Assembly: GCA_964016885.1 (NCBI GenBank)
Contig: OZ024749.1
Span: forward strand, 4,526,001-4,590,000
Length of the DNA: 64,000 nt
Reading direction: 5' to 3'
From: Eledone cirrhosa
Lineage: Eukaryota
Part shown: piece by piece, positions 27,480 through 41,430 of the stretch
How the letters are laid out: each line of letters starts with the position of its first letter
Position numbering within the stretch: the first letter of the stretch is position 1
Program-made: the position numbers and the translations under genes
Notes under the pieces: generated by a model
The model's input: the letters and a program-made list of their open reading frames with translations, nothing else
Databases searched by the model: none
What the model was told of the DNA's origin: nothing

Positions 27480-27768
27480 ACATCATGAAAAATTAAAATA
27501 GCTTGGGATTCAAGGGCCCTCAACTCTTCAAGAAGCTGCCGAGGGATCTGAGAGATTTGCATGGTTTGGAGGTGGATGTCTTCAAGAAACATGTCGACAC
27601 CTTGCTATCCAGGATCCCGAATGAGCCCACAAGGCACGAGGGAAACCTAAGGACAGCAGCAACAAACTCCCTCTTTCACCAGTGGCAAACCAATACAGGC
27701 TGGAGATAAAATATGTAGCAACAAGGCCGGTGACCCAGCATGGCCTCAACCAGATGGCTGGAACAGGT
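27480..27768 (+). mobile_element. CR1-group LINE 3' fragment
   Basis: FKGPQLFKKLPRDLRDL..VDVFKKHVDTLLSRIPNEP..AATNSL resembles CR1-group ORF2 C-termini. Confidence 0.6.
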
Positions 27769-28306
27769 AAATTAGAATTGGTGCTCTGAAATAGCGATAT
27801 ATATATATGAATGTATATATATAGTGTATTTTGCAATACACTGTTTGCTGAAAATTTTAAAAAGTGACATTGTCGTTATTTTAAAACAATAGCGTATGGT
27901 CTTCAAAATACTTTTAATTAAGCATACAATGTATTGAAAAATACACTATATATACATTCATATATACATCGCTATTTCAGAGCACCAATTCTAATTTGCA
28001 ATTTCTGCTGGACCGGTGACCGCTCTGTATAATCAGTTCCTGATTATTACTGGAATTTTATAAGAATCCAACACACATCATTTTCAGCAAACAGGTGGAT
28101 AGTGAACTTTGATAAGTACCAAAAAGTACGAAACGGAGCTATGTCAGTTTATCTCCCTTGTTTGCTGAAAATGTAAAAAGTGACATTGTCACTATTTCAA
28201 ACAATAGCGTATGGTCTTCAAAATGCTTTTAATTAAGCATAGTGTAATGTAAAATACATTATATACACATTCATATATATATATCACTATTTCAGAACAC
28301 CAATTC

Positions 28307-28312
<6 letters not shown>
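27769..28312 (+). mobile_element. HHR-bearing ~315-nt repeat (family B): 1.5 tandem units plus an inverted terminal segment
   Basis: 27842-27997 is repeated at 28159-28312; 27769-27839 is the reverse complement of ~27930-27997. Confidence 0.8.
28079..28173 (+). ncRNA. Type I hammerhead ribozyme with U3/A8 core and extended stem I
   Basis: gtgaact-TTGATAA-gtac caaaaa gtac-GAAA-cggagctatg-TC-agtttat; distal helix cattttcagcaaacagg / cttgtttgctgaaaatg. Confidence 0.72.
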
Positions 28313-28366
<54 letters not shown>

Positions 28367-29465
28367 TTATGTATGTATGTATATATATAAGCGCGAGCGG
28401 GAGAGAGAGATACTCAAGGTTTGAAACAAAGAAGCTGCAGCATCAGTGATAACAGGGTAAATATGCTTCAATTTTGAATAACATTTATATATAACTAAAC
28501 TTGTACGTTTATAAAACATATTCAAATAATAGAAATATAACAAGAAAAGTAATGTTGACTCTGTATTAGAGAGAACGAGAGAGGGAGATTTAGATTGAGA
28601 GAGATGCTGTAGGTGTGGAAATCCGACGCTCTACCGAGTATTAAAATAAATTATACAGGGGATGAAGAAGTAAACATATATGCGAGATTCACTCAATCAC
28701 ACATTGACATACACTCACAAGCCCACACATACATTAAGTAATGAGTAAGAGACCGCTGGGGACATTCATACCAAATTGTGCTATGCAACGATAAGCTTCA
28801 TTTCCGAAGGCAAGCATTATCAAATTAATGAAAGGTAGGCAAGTTAAAAACAAATAAAGGACGGTAAAAAATACAAATAAAACACACACACAACGCACAT
28901 ACATACATACATACATACATACATGCCTGCCTGCCTGCCTGCCTGCATGCCTGCATGCCTGCATGCATGCATGGATACATACTTAGTAATAATAATAATA
29001 ATAAATTTGAAGACTAAAATCCAATGAGGGCTGGATAAGGATAAATATATATCAAATATATAAGAACCGTAGAGCGTTAAGGGTGAAAGCAGCGATTCTT
29101 TGCTTAAACTTTAATCTGTTATTTTAATAAATAAATATATATATAACGTCATAATACAAGTACACATATTCAGATGAGGAGATAGAAGTACATACACATA
29201 TATATATATATCTATAAACAATATATACGATGCATGCAAGCTTATATGCATCTCTGAATCTTTCTCTTCTCTATCTCTCTATATCTCTATATATATACTG
29301 TATATTCAGATTGGAATGTGGAAACACACACACACGCACACGCACACGCACACGCACACGCACACACGCACACACGCACACACGCACACGCGCACACACA
29401 CACACACACACTTACGGGAGCGCAGGGGAAATATAGTTATAAGATGGAGTTGAGATGTTTTAAGA

Positions 29466-29653
29466 CAGGCATGTCAAACTGAGGATCACCCGAGTGCCAC
29501 ATGGGTCACATATGTGTTGTCTCAGGGCTACAAACTTCATCTCATTGTGCACATTACAACTAATTTTACGACGATAAAACACGCTCACGCTGTATAAAGC
29601 CTTTGTGAGGGCCACAGTTGTCCTTATAAAGAGCCGTATGTTTGTCATGCCTG
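29466..29653. mobile_element. hAT-like MITE
   Basis: Terminal inverted repeats CAGGCATGTCAAAC / GTTTGTCATGCCTG; 8-bp TSD not clean. Confidence 0.5.
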
Positions 29654-30212
29654 ATTTGAAGGATCCATTATTTCACTGGTTTCGGCTCCGAGCCAATATT
29701 TTGGAGATACGAAGTTCCATGTGTCGTAGCAGTCACAGTCAACAGTGTGTCCTTCGCTAAGGGACTTTACCCGATATGTGTAAGTTATTTCATACCAACT
29801 TTCTTTCGTCAATTATTCCATTTATTTATTGAGTCCCTTGCTTGTTCAATGTGATAGCAATTTGCAGGCTTGAAACCTATGCCTTATTAACGAAAACAGA
29901 AGTTCCAGCAATGATAACCTGACACCAGTTTTATATATATAACCAAAGATTAATATGGTTCATTGTTTACTCAATGAATATAGTTTTACAATAGATTAAA
30001 AGCACTCTACAAAGAATTATTCTGGAGTTGACTGCCAATACTGGAATTGAACCACCACGAGCGGTGAGGTATGCCATACATCAATTCATGTATTTTATGT
30101 GACGAGGACGTACTGAAAAAAACAGCACAGCACCTTCGAAATATATATAATAACACATATATTTTGATTACGTGAATATCTTCATTAATTAATATTTTGA
30201 ATAATATATATA

Positions 30213-30341
30213 TAAGTATGTATACGTACATACATATATATATATAATTTCATTTTTCACTCTTAGTACGGCTGTTACTTAAATATATGTATACGTACAT
30301 ACATACATATATACAGACGTACAGTAGTATGAACATATATA

Positions 30342-30381
<40 letters not shown>

Positions 30382-30794
30382 CACACACATACATATACAC
30401 ATACATGCACATATATATATATATATATATATACGTATGGATTCACCGAACATTTATTATAATGCTCGGTGTGTTTGTAAACAAACACCCGAATTAAGCC
30501 GTACAGTGTCTAGCAACCATCGTTGCTCATTTGTTCAACACTGACAAAGGAACGCTGTACTAGTTTCAAGCTTATTAGCTATCGTTAGCAACGTATACCT
30601 ACCTGCCAGATGGTTAAACGTCTGAAAGTATATACTTTCCTTATGCATATTAACGGCTGAGCAGCCTAATTTGCATACCCAGTGAGTTAATCGGCCGGGG
30701 TACAGAAAACGATAAACGGAAAAAACGAAACGAAATTTCATTTCTCACTCTTAGTACTAAGAGTGAGAAACGCAATTACGTTTCATTTTTTCCG

Positions 30795-30795
<1 letters not shown>
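30213..30795 (-). mobile_element. Family A copy, slightly over one unit, with short terminal inversion
   Basis: ttcattt.tcactcttagtac occurs at ~30249 and ~30737; palindrome tttctcactcttagtactaagagtgagaaa at ~30741-30770; the HHR at 30552-30594 has a mutated core CTAACGA. Confidence 0.85.
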
Positions 30796-30830
<35 letters not shown>

Positions 30831-30834
<4 letters not shown>

Positions 30835-31270
30835 AAGGCGGGTAAAATTCCCGAGATCCATGGACGAGTTCCCTCCAGCGGTCTCTGTCCCTCATTATCG
30901 CTGCCATGTCCTGCCACTCCAACAGACCAGTGTCTGTCCTTAGGGCATCAACATACGTTAACCTTGGTCTTCCACTTCCAGGTGTATCCATGTAGGGGCT
31001 CCCACAGGAGCACTGAGTGCAATGTCAACTCTTGATGTCGGTGAGCATCTCCAGCTAAACTCAGTCTCCTCTGTGTCACCTTTGAGCTAACTTTTGGGAA
31101 AAATCCGCCTCTTCATTGCTGTAGTGGAATCTGTGCTGCTGTACGGGTCTGAGACTTTGACACTGACCAATAAACTCACTCAGATGTTGGATGGGTGCTA
31201 CACGAGAATGCTGAGGATGGCTCTGAACATTAATCACTATACACTGAGGATGAAAATCTCAGAGCTGTAT
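30831..31270 (-). mobile_element. 5'-truncated, 5'-inverted copy of the RTE LINE
   Basis: 30831-31099 is the reverse complement of ~5688-5955; 31100-31270 matches 5510-5680 in sense. Confidence 0.9.
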
Positions 31271-31402
31271 ATATATACACACACACACATGCATCATTGT
31301 TAACTAGTAAAACCCCGCTTATTGTCACCATTAGTGTAACTCGTGTTCTCGTCAAGAGGGTGCATGTTTAAAGCCTACAAATATATATATATGTGTGTGT
31401 GT

Positions 31403-31451
<49 letters not shown>

Positions 31452-31799
31452 TTGATAACTTAGATTAATCTTGTTACATACTAGCATCATCTCATACAGT
31501 CTTTCCAAGGATGCTTCACCAAGGCTCACACTGCAGCAAAGTCTTGTCATTCCTTGAAATATATCCATGTGCCGGGAAGAGATTAAACTGAATTTCACGT
31601 AGGAACAGGTCCAACTACCTTTTTTTAGTTGTATAGCTCATTTTTCCGTATTGATATACATTTTATATTAAAGTGGCACGGCCATTTGTGACAAAATGTA
31701 TTTACAGGATGCGAGTTTCTTTTTTTTTTTTCAGATTTTCTTTATCAGTGACCCCGCTTGTCCAAATGCTAACATTATGTGCATCCATATATATATATA

Positions 31800-33640
31800 A
31801 ATAGAACACTGGTGGGTTACATCTGTAGTTGTAGAGCACTCAGTCGATGCGACTAGTTTCCTAGAAGTAGTTCCACAACAGTTAATTCACCATTTGCAAG
31901 AACATTTAGATCACCTTAGTCGGATCATCAGCTCGGTTTAAATGAGATTATACGGAAAAGGAAAAAACTATGAATACGCATGTGCAGAAAAAGTCACTTT
32001 CCCAGGGGGATCAACTGACGCTAGATCGGTGCGAGGGAGACAACTGTGGAAAACTAAGAATATAATGGATGTTTCATGCTATTCAGTCCAGAATATAAGA
32101 GTATTCAAGTTAGTCAATCTGGAGCTTTGTAATTACGTATTAGGTGTTTCCAAAGTTGTGACCAACGAGAAAAGTTCATTCTTGAATTTAGGCAAGTGCC
32201 ATTACACCACTTCCTCAGAATATTGATTCTTTCTCCAATGCACAGCGCGCATTTTCGTATAGTCTTAGTAATAACTTTCCATTGAATGGAGCAATCTACG
32301 CCTGCGTCCTTGAGGGAACATGTGGCGTCCCCCTGCTTTGTGGACTATCGTTTGTCTGGGTGTCTGAATATCAAGATGATTCCGGAGGCGTTTCTTAAAC
32401 CAGCCCTCCACCATACCTACATAGGATTTAACGTTTTGTTGTTGATTTGGTCTGTTAGATGTGATTCTAGCTTCGTAAATTACAGCGGGTGTGTTGCATT
32501 GTTGTTAAAGGAGACAAGATTCAGGCCTTTAGCAAGAGCATCTTGGTGGGGTTCAGCTCTTAACGTTATTGGTGATGGGAGCCTTCATATTCTTAGCACA
32601 TGAGTATCCTAGTGTCACACTGTGTTTATTAGAGATGGAGCGGTATTTATGACCTATGGGGAAGTGCCTATCTAAGAGCGCTAAAATATTTTATCTACAT
32701 TAGTGTTAACGTTGAGTGAGAAGGGAGTGGGGTATAAGGCTTCTTTATTAGCACGATTTCATACCCTATGGTTGTTGACGTGAGCAGGGAGGTAAGGATT
32801 GGTTGCGAGAAGCCGCTGTTAGCTGACGCCGCATTGTAGTAAGGTGCCGCTCCCTCAAATTATGTTTTATTAGAAGAGAAGTGTTAGAGATTCTAGTGCC
32901 GATATTTTTCACGAAGTCTCTAAAAACTGTAGGTGGGTGGCCTGAGTCCTTGTGAATGTAATTTCGTTTCTCATTTAGTTTTTGGTAGGGTCTAACGTTA
33001 CGTGTGTGAAAATCTAAATGTATGTCTAAGTTATCTAGTGTGATCCTAACTCCTAACTTATTAAATGTTGCAATTAAATATTTTTTAAACGGTCTAGGAA
33101 GTCAAGGAATCTATTTCGCAAAATATATGAAATAAATAAGCCAACCAAATCTCATATATCAGCACTATCGAATAAATCCATTGATACGTCGAATAGTTCG
33201 GAAGTAGTTGACGTCTTTGTCCTGGCTACTCCTTTATTGACGAGGAGGGTTTTCCGACAATGTGCAATGATCTTCCCGTCTAAATCATAGACAGTGGTGT
33301 AAGTGGTGTAAAAGTCCAACGTTTTGTTCAAAAGGATCGCCAATGTCAACGGGTAAAATCCATAATGTTGAATTGAGCGAATTTCGCTTTTTATGGAACT
33401 GAACGATTTAAACAACTTAATGACACAGTCACTATTCTCCAATTGGGACAGGTTGTATTTAGTCCTAATATTCTTAACTATATTCCTAACTATATGCCTT
33501 AACGACTAGCCCCATCTCGGTGCGAGCTGTGGTATACAAGTAGGGTTAGAAGCAGAGCCTACCTTCTGATATTTAGGGGTGAGAAAGGCCTCACGCTTAC
33601 ATAAGCATTGGAGTTTATTCAAAAGGTATACTTTGATTAA
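31800..33640 (-). mobile_element. Decayed Naiad-type PLE
   Basis: ORF 33152-33442 (IIAHCRKTLL..FDVSMDLFDSADI) matches the RT of the intact copy; CALCIGERI motif near 32230-32250; degenerate HHR core at 31845-31935. Confidence 0.7.
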
Positions 33641-34440
33641 AACCCCAATGTCTTCATCTTTTTTCCTATCTCACCATTTTCTATACCTCAGTGTTATTTT
33701 TCTTGGCCTGTACATTGAACTACATTCCATATCATTATAGCCTTCAGGCACCGTTTTCTCACTTCCTTTTTTATTCAGTCACATGGGAAATATTTAAAAA
33801 AGAAGTGTTTATAAAATATATAAAGTATTACCGGTTTTGATGTATTAGTAAAATTTACCTTATCAAATGTTGAGTATTACAATCACAAATAATTAATAAG
33901 AATTAAAAACTAAAAATTAAAGATTTGAAATTAAATGTTAAGGCAAGTTTTTTTTCATCTTCGTTGTTGAGAAGGAGACTAAAAGATGAAATCTTTTGTA
34001 TAGAGAGAGAGTTGTCTTCATGGTAGTAGCAGCAGTGGTGGTGGTAGTTGTGTTTTTTCATAGTGAACAAAAGTGTTTTTAGGTACAGAAAATATTCTGT
34101 AAATATATATCTGTATTTCGATTGGGTTAATGGACTGGTCAAGAGTTCAGGTAGCGGCGGTGAAGAGGGGAATTGTAAGCTAGAGACAAATTCTATGGGA
34201 TTGGCAAAACGTAGGGTTGTAAAAGAAATTCTATTTTTGGAATGTGGGTTTATGCATCATGTTTACCTGATAAAAACTTGAGATTTGTTGTTGGCATTGG
34301 TTGAGCCCTTATGCTTGACTATAAGGTAAAATGCCAGATAGGTTGATCGAACCTCTCCTCTACTGATTACAAAGAGAACTATTGTACATGATGCGTCTAC
34401 TAACTCATATTTCCATTATATATCTTAAACAACTTGTGGA

Positions 34441-34652
34441 ATGGCAGTATCGGTAGAGCGTCGGACAACATATTACATGTTTTTCGGCATATACTCACGT
34501 CCCTTTACGTTCTGAGTTCAATTCCTACTGAGGTTCGCTTTGCCATTCATCCTTACGGGGTTGATAAATTGAAGTACCAGTAACGAACTAGGGTTGATTT
34601 AATTGATTTTCCCATTCCCTAAAATTATTGGTCATCTGCTTAAATTTGAAAT
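34441..34652 (+). mobile_element. tRNA-derived SINE with 27-bp TSD
   Basis: A box TGGCAGTATCGG, B box GAGTTCAATTCC; cattatatatcttaaacaacttgtgga at 34414-34440 and 34653-34679. Confidence 0.85.
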
Positions 34653-36794
34653 CATTATATATCTTAAACAACTTGTGGATTTCAATATACATTTCTTGTT
34701 GGGTAAAATGGCGGTGAGATAGAACATATATATAAACAAAAAAAGAACACGTGAGAAGTATTTTAATGACATGCAGTCGGGAATTGTAAAGACATCATCG
34801 TAGTAAAATGTGTTAGAGAATTTAGATTCTTGGACGTTATTGTTTTAATGCTCTCGCCTCTGGTTGCAATATAATCAGTTTACTGGACATAAATTCTGAA
34901 TAGCTTCATATAAAAGACACAAAAGCAGAGCCTGCGTCAGTGAGTAAAACTCGGAAATTCCGAATAATTTCATTTGCTGTATTGAGACTAACATTTTGGA
35001 CAAAGCCCTTATTCTGCGGAAAAAATGGAAATGTTATTTATAAGCGCTATCGGAAAAAAAAACTCGTTTATAATTCATTTCTCCCAGCGGCATTTAAAAT
35101 TATTCACTGTTACAAGATTTAGAAAGAGTCTTTATCATAGGATTCACATTGATTTAGGGTATTCTGTTAGCGTTTTATTATTATTTTTTTTTTTTTTACA
35201 GAAAATAACTAACTGTGGTAGCCTCCTAAATATTCGATATACAAATTCTTGAATGGTTTAACTATCTTAAAATTACAGTATTTACATAGTTTAAGTGGAA
35301 TAAATCCCATTACTTTCAGTAGTGAGTGTTCCAATCGTTTGATCATCTCAGAAACAGCCTCCTCATAAAATTAACACGTACGCAGGTGAGCATGGTTGAG
35401 AACACGTATGGACTTCTAGTAATTGTCAGAAACATTCAGTGTGATACAGTTCGTGAACAGGTTGGCTCGTTCATTTGCTCCTTCTGTCCACCTGTCTATT
35501 CCACTTAGTATGAAGTAGTTTCTATCAACCAAGTTTTACACAGAATGGGTCGACTCAAATCTATTGTAAACGATATTAACTTATGATGCTACGCAGCGTG
35601 ACTAAATTCGTGATCAAGTTACTGGAAAACAAACATCTTAACCACTTGAATATGTTGCCTCCACGTATGTCGAAAACATATTGACACACGGCAGAATCGT
35701 CAGAACTTCGTTCAAAATACCTTGCGGGATTTTTTCCAGCTGTTCGATTTAATCGACTAATCCATTTCCTCCTAAGTGTCTGGCTTTGTATATATGTTGG
35801 AACCAATTATTTTACCCCAGGTCAACTCAGTTCAAGGAGACATGCAATCAAATGTGATCCAGTCATGTTTGTCTCATCTTTTCTTCGCTGTCTGCTTTAT
35901 TTCAAAGAGATTTAATTGTCATTTCTTCAATAAACAACTTAAATATACTTTTGAGGACCATCTAGTCAAATAATCTACCCATTTATATGTAATATTATCT
36001 ACCTTTTACACAAGATCAAACATGTTTCTGTGATAGGTTTTCATATAAGCCACAATAAGGCGTCTGTAACGTTTTCCGGTGATAGAATTTAAACAAACAC
36101 AAACAATCTGGGTGTTTAAAGTTTAGGAAGAGAGGTAAAGTCAGTTACATTTTATCAAAGCCAGAACGATGAAAGTCAAATTATATATCGTCGAAATTTG
36201 AAGTCAAAATGTAAAGGCGGAACAAATATCACATAATATACCTGTCAATTCACTACCACTTCTAAATATACTGCTCGACAGGTTTTCACTCCTATTGCTT
36301 AAACCACTACCGCGTGTTATATCCTTCCCTATGATAGGTTGTAATTTTTTTCTGTGATACGAAATTTTTAGTAAACTAAAGAATATTGTTTTCTTATACT
36401 TTGGGAGGGTCATGTTGCCAATAAGAAACACACGCACCAGTTGCTTTCACAAATTCAGAAACGAAATATTGTTTTCTTATTTTCAATCAATGCAAACACA
36501 TTTCTGGGAAGGGCAACATTGATTGAATCAACTGCCGTATTGACTGGTATTTTAATGTATCGACCCTGGAAGAACGAAAGGCAAAGTTAACATTTGCGAC
36601 TTAGGACCTCAGAACATTAAGATCCAGAACAAATGCTGCGTTGGCATTTTATATAACGCTCTATTCTATGAAGCCACCACATTAATAGACCATAGATTAT
36701 TACTGGTACATTCACGTGCCAATGAGACAAGAGAATCATGGGTCCCGGAACTGCAAAAAATAGTCGCCGTATATTCGACACCCAATATATGAAT

Positions 36795-37015
36795 TAATGG
36801 TTCCTGATTTAGGCACAAGGCGAACAATTTTGATGGAGGGCAAAGTCGATAAAATCGATCTCAATGCTTTACGGGTACTTTATTTTATCGATCTCGTAAG
36901 GATGAAATTCACAGTTAACCTTGGCGCGATTTGAACTCAGAACATAAAGGACCGTAACTCTATGCTGCAAAGCATGTTGTCCGACGCTCTACCGATACTG
37001 CCAATCCAGCGCCCC
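36795..37015 (-). mobile_element. tRNA-derived SINE, main family
   Basis: Matches the family consensus (A/B boxes, tcatccttacg..gtcgataaaataaagtacc); older copies at ~36100-36240 and ~36500-36680. Confidence 0.85.
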
Positions 37016-37771
37016 ACTATCTAAATTAATGTAGATTCATTTGATTTATATGAATCATAGACGGGATGGTTACGGTTGGAATATTTTTCATCATAGCTTT
37101 GATCAATTTAAGTTGACCTGGGGGCTGTTCAACAACAGCCATCACAGCAATAATAACTAGCGCATTTCTATTGCCCTTGCTAGTCTTAATAAAATCCGTA
37201 GTCTACCATGTGTGGAATTTGATTTCAAGAATAAAGCGATGCAACTACTAACCATAGTAAATCACGTAAATCCTTAGTTTGGAAATGTATTTTTATTTGT
37301 ATTGTTTTTACATTTCTTTATTGTTGTTTTTTACCATTCAACCGTCTTTTTTATCGACCCTTTATGATAATGAGCAATAATTAATGTTTCGCGTGCTGCT
37401 TTTTGTTTTCTTTCTTAATTCATTATTATTAGTATATTGTTGTTGTTGTTTTTTGTCTAGCAAACATAATCATTTATTTAAGCAATATTCATACAGTTTA
37501 AATAGATGAATTATTTTTCCTCAACTTTGCCATTGTTCAAAGATCACACAAACGATTTCTCTAACAAAGAAATTTTTTTTAGATATTTTCCTGTTTGTTT
37601 TAATTTTTAATTTTTTTGTTTGATAGTTTTCTATTTTTATGCTGGTCTTCTAGTTTTTATTTCTTTCTATATACTTTGTTTTTTTTTAATATATGTTTTC
37701 ATTTGGCTAAGTTTTGTTTAATTTCAGTTGATTTTCTTTATTTGATTTCATTTGTTCATTATTAATATTAA

Positions 37772-38718
37772 TCGGGCAATGTGATCGGTGGAAACTCCAC
37801 CTCGGCGTTCTATAGAGGATTAGTGGAGGGGAAGAGCGACGACGTACTTGGGGAAACTCTAGGCGTCGACGAAAATCAACTAGCCAATCTCTTCGGAAGA
37901 ACCTTCGGGCCAGGGCCTATGGACAACTTCCAGAAATCTCTGGCCTGGCAGTGCTACCGAGGAGCCTTGCCAGTTCGGGATAAACTCTACAGGCATGGAG
38001 GTGCCGTCAGCCGGGCATGTCCGAGATGCGCGCAGGGCGACGAAACCGTCCTGCACGCACTCGTCCAGTGTCCGAAAATTGCTGACTTGTGGGTTTATGT
38101 CGAACACCTGCTGTCGCGTTTAGGACGGATCCAGCTATCATCTGAGTCTATCGTGAGGATTGCCCCGCCCTCCTCCTTTAGCCGGGAAGGGCAGGCAGTT
38201 TTTATCTGTCTGGTGGCCATGGCGAAAGAGATAGTATGGTGGACACGTTTGAAAGGGCTGAAGACGAGCACTTACCTCTTCGGTGATGCTCTGATTGACT
38301 TTTTCAAATTTCATTTGAAAAGGAAAATCAGAGTAGAGAAGGAAGTGCTCTCTTCCCAGCATTTTGTTGAAAGATGGGTGAGAGAAGCAAGAATGGCCCG
38401 AGTGAATGGGCCGACTCTGAGTATATATCTGTAAACTAAAGGTGGAAAACTGGGAGAGGGCATTTGCCTTGGTGGTCAGGGTCATTGTGGCTTTTTACTG
38501 GGCTTTCTCCACAAATGTCCCTCCGAAGTCTCCCCCCTATTGGGGAATTTTTCATTGTTATTTTCATTGTTATTTTTGTTACATCCTCTATTTTTGTTTT
38601 TTTTTACACGCAGAAATGCCCATTTGTACCGTCCTGCATTGTCCTGCACTGTCCTTAATGTCTACTTTATGTAAACCCTTGTGGTTAATAAAGAAATCAT
38701 TATTATTACTACTATTAC

Positions 38719-38753
<35 letters not shown>
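37772..38753 (+). mobile_element. 5'-truncated L1/Tx1-group LINE (zf-RVT C-terminus, 3' UTR, (ATT)n tail)
   Basis: ORF 37781-38434: AWQCYRGALPVRDKL..CPRC..ETVLHALVQC; AATAAA at ~38686 followed by (ATT)n. Confidence 0.85.
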
Positions 38754-38754
<1 letters not shown>

Positions 38755-40857
38755 CTTATTTTTTATTGAGTGAGATTGTCTCTTTGATATTACCACAAAT
38801 ACTTCACCAGTTGAATGAGTCTTGGCAAATGCCCAAACAAATCAAATTTAATTATCCAGACACACCGTTCATTAAACTAAGCTGCACGCAGATTTTATTC
38901 AAATGCACCTTCACATTTTTTCTTGTCTACATTTTTTTCTAATATACATTTTTTGGTATCATGCTTGAACCATACTAATTACTCTATGGACATTAGCAGT
39001 ATCTCTAGTTACAGTCTCAGTTCGAATCTCCTGTACTCGTCTAGATCTTTCGATTCACCTTCCGGTGTCGGTTAAGGACGTAACATAAATACCTTCCGGT
39101 TTGTTTGTATGATTGTGAACCCGACACCTCACCCACAAATATGTGGTTCTGTGTTCATTTGCTAAATCTATAATTAATAATATTGCAATCAATGGTAAAT
39201 TTATAATGATCAAAGAGCGGACAAAAATAGTAACATCATACCACATGCTACATAAAATTTAAATTCTGGTTAGCTTTTCATTCTTCAGGTTTAGTTTATC
39301 AAACCGGTGGGTTAAAATAGTATTAAACCTCGTCATTCTACACGCCATGTTGCAATTCGACATGCCTTTTCATACTTCCGGATGAAAATGTTAAAGCGAT
39401 AGGCTAAATTAGCATTACCTTTCATCTTTTTCCATCAAGAGTTGAAATTGCACGTCACTTTCCATTCATGTGCGACGGTGCAAATTCATTAACACGAAAG
39501 TTCACGGATCGATATATTTGATTAAAAACCGAACCTTCATAAAATGCTATCCTTATACAGATGCCGTTGCTGAACGAACAAACCTCTGATAAAAGGATCA
39601 AATGTACTATTTGATCATTCCGGTTTTGATGAATTCAAAGGGTTTCCATACCCTAATGAGTCATTACTTATTTATAACGGAATTATTGAACTATTTGGGT
39701 AAGAAGCTCGCTTCACAGCTATGCGTTTGCAGGCTCTAAGAGACACCTAGATGGCATCTGGAACAAATGTTGTTTTTTTTAGGATAGATTCAAATCAATA
39801 AATATATGATTGAAATTTAGTAGAAGGGAAAACGGTACATTATTTTGACCACATATTTGTCACATAGAGAGGTACATTGAATCTTCCAGAGAGTTCTATA
39901 ATTCATACATGAGATATGGAATATTCAGCCACTTACACATTATCGTAATGAAAATGAAAATGAAGTTGACTTTTCGCCATAACCGAACCTTCACCGACGC
40001 AAGGGAAGGATTTGAGTGGCATTTAGCCGATATCTTTAACATATGGCCTGACCAGGACATGGATGGCTGTCTTACTAGGTGGCATGTTACACACGAGAAG
40101 CGGGAAGGCAGACATAGAGCGACATCGCATATATTAAATAACTAACCATGTATGTTCGACATCCGAATCCATCTGCCATAGTACGTATATTTCATTTTAT
40201 TTACCAAGTCTCGCAAGACCGGAAAATTTCCTAAGATGCTGATTTTCCTTCGTGGTGGACAAGGATATGGTTGATATATGGCTAAATAAACAATGTCATA
40301 TCTTATAAATGATATTCTTTTGCTAGGTAAAGATATGGATATAGGTATGTATGTAAATGTGTATGTATGTATTTATATATTAATGGATGAATGAATGCAT
40401 TTTTGTATATAACCTGATGGATTTGTAGTCGCATAAATGTTATCTGTGACATTAACGTCAGGCAGAACCCATTCCGTGTCCAGCTGATTTCTTACAGAGA
40501 AGGAAAGAGAATAACAGGGAAGACTTGAAAAATATACAAAGATGAAGAAACGACTAAAGTACATGGCGTGTATTTTCTCAAAGTCTTCCGGGGGATGGAG
40601 TACACAGTTGAGATCTTGTGGGTTTTGAATGCAAAAGATAGTGAGCCAGAATGTAGAACCGAAAGCTTACTGTCCGATGGTCGAACGTGTCTACCACTTC
40701 GCTGCCCATTTTGCTATGTATGACTCCAGTATTTATATGGGAAACTGCACTTGTAAACATGTTTGCTCCACCCTTAAGAAATATCTCTCAAATCAAAACT
40801 CACCTTCTTAATGAGGCCTGCATATACAACTACACCATCTCATATATACCTAAATAA

Positions 40858-41044
40858 TTGTTTCTACTTTAGGCACAAGGCCAGCAATTACCCAGTGCCT
40901 TACTGGTACTTTATTTTATCGACCCCGTAAGGATGAAAGGCAAAGTCAACCTCGGTGGGACTTGAACTCAGATCGTAAAGGGACGTAACTATGCTGGAAA
41001 GCATGGCGTCCGACCCTCTACCGATACTACCAATCCACCGCCCT
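40858..41044 (-). mobile_element. tRNA-derived SINE with TSD
   Basis: Full-length family match; atatatacctaaataat on both sides. Confidence 0.88.
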
Positions 41045-41194
41045 TATATATATATACCTAAATAATGAAGCTCTCCTCTAAGCAGAGCATCACTATTTAT
41101 ATCGAAGGACAAACAATATAGTCAATCTACTCACATACAAATACCAAATTAATCTCCCTCAGATTCCTTCGTCGTCTTTATGACCCTTTTATAA

Positions 41195-41430
41195 GTATTC
41201 TTTTTTTTTTCTCTTCCCATACTTTATCTGAGAGTCATGAACTTCTGGACCAGTGCTCTCCATGTTTTCCTGCCTCTTTCCATTGATGTATATTCCGCCA
41301 AGCTCCTTCCTGTCATTCCTTAATATCATCTCTCCATCTCCTTTTCTGTGACCCCATGGCTCTTTCCCCCTGTATTCATCCCTCAATGATGTGGGTAGTC
41401 AACTTTTGGGCCTGGATGCAATGACCAAAA
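41195..41430 (-). mobile_element. RTE-type LINE 3' end
   Basis: Frameshifted HIIEG..GKRAMGSQKRRWRDDIKE..TWRALV followed by an A-rich tail. Confidence 0.65.

Noticed and set aside
34441-34530. tRNA genes suggested by A/B boxes
   Set aside because: These are SINE heads with no cloverleaf, followed by SINE body, tail and TSD
40480-40760. Possible host exon after ttcttacag
   Set aside because: Stops in all three frames soon after the acceptor; no recognisable protein
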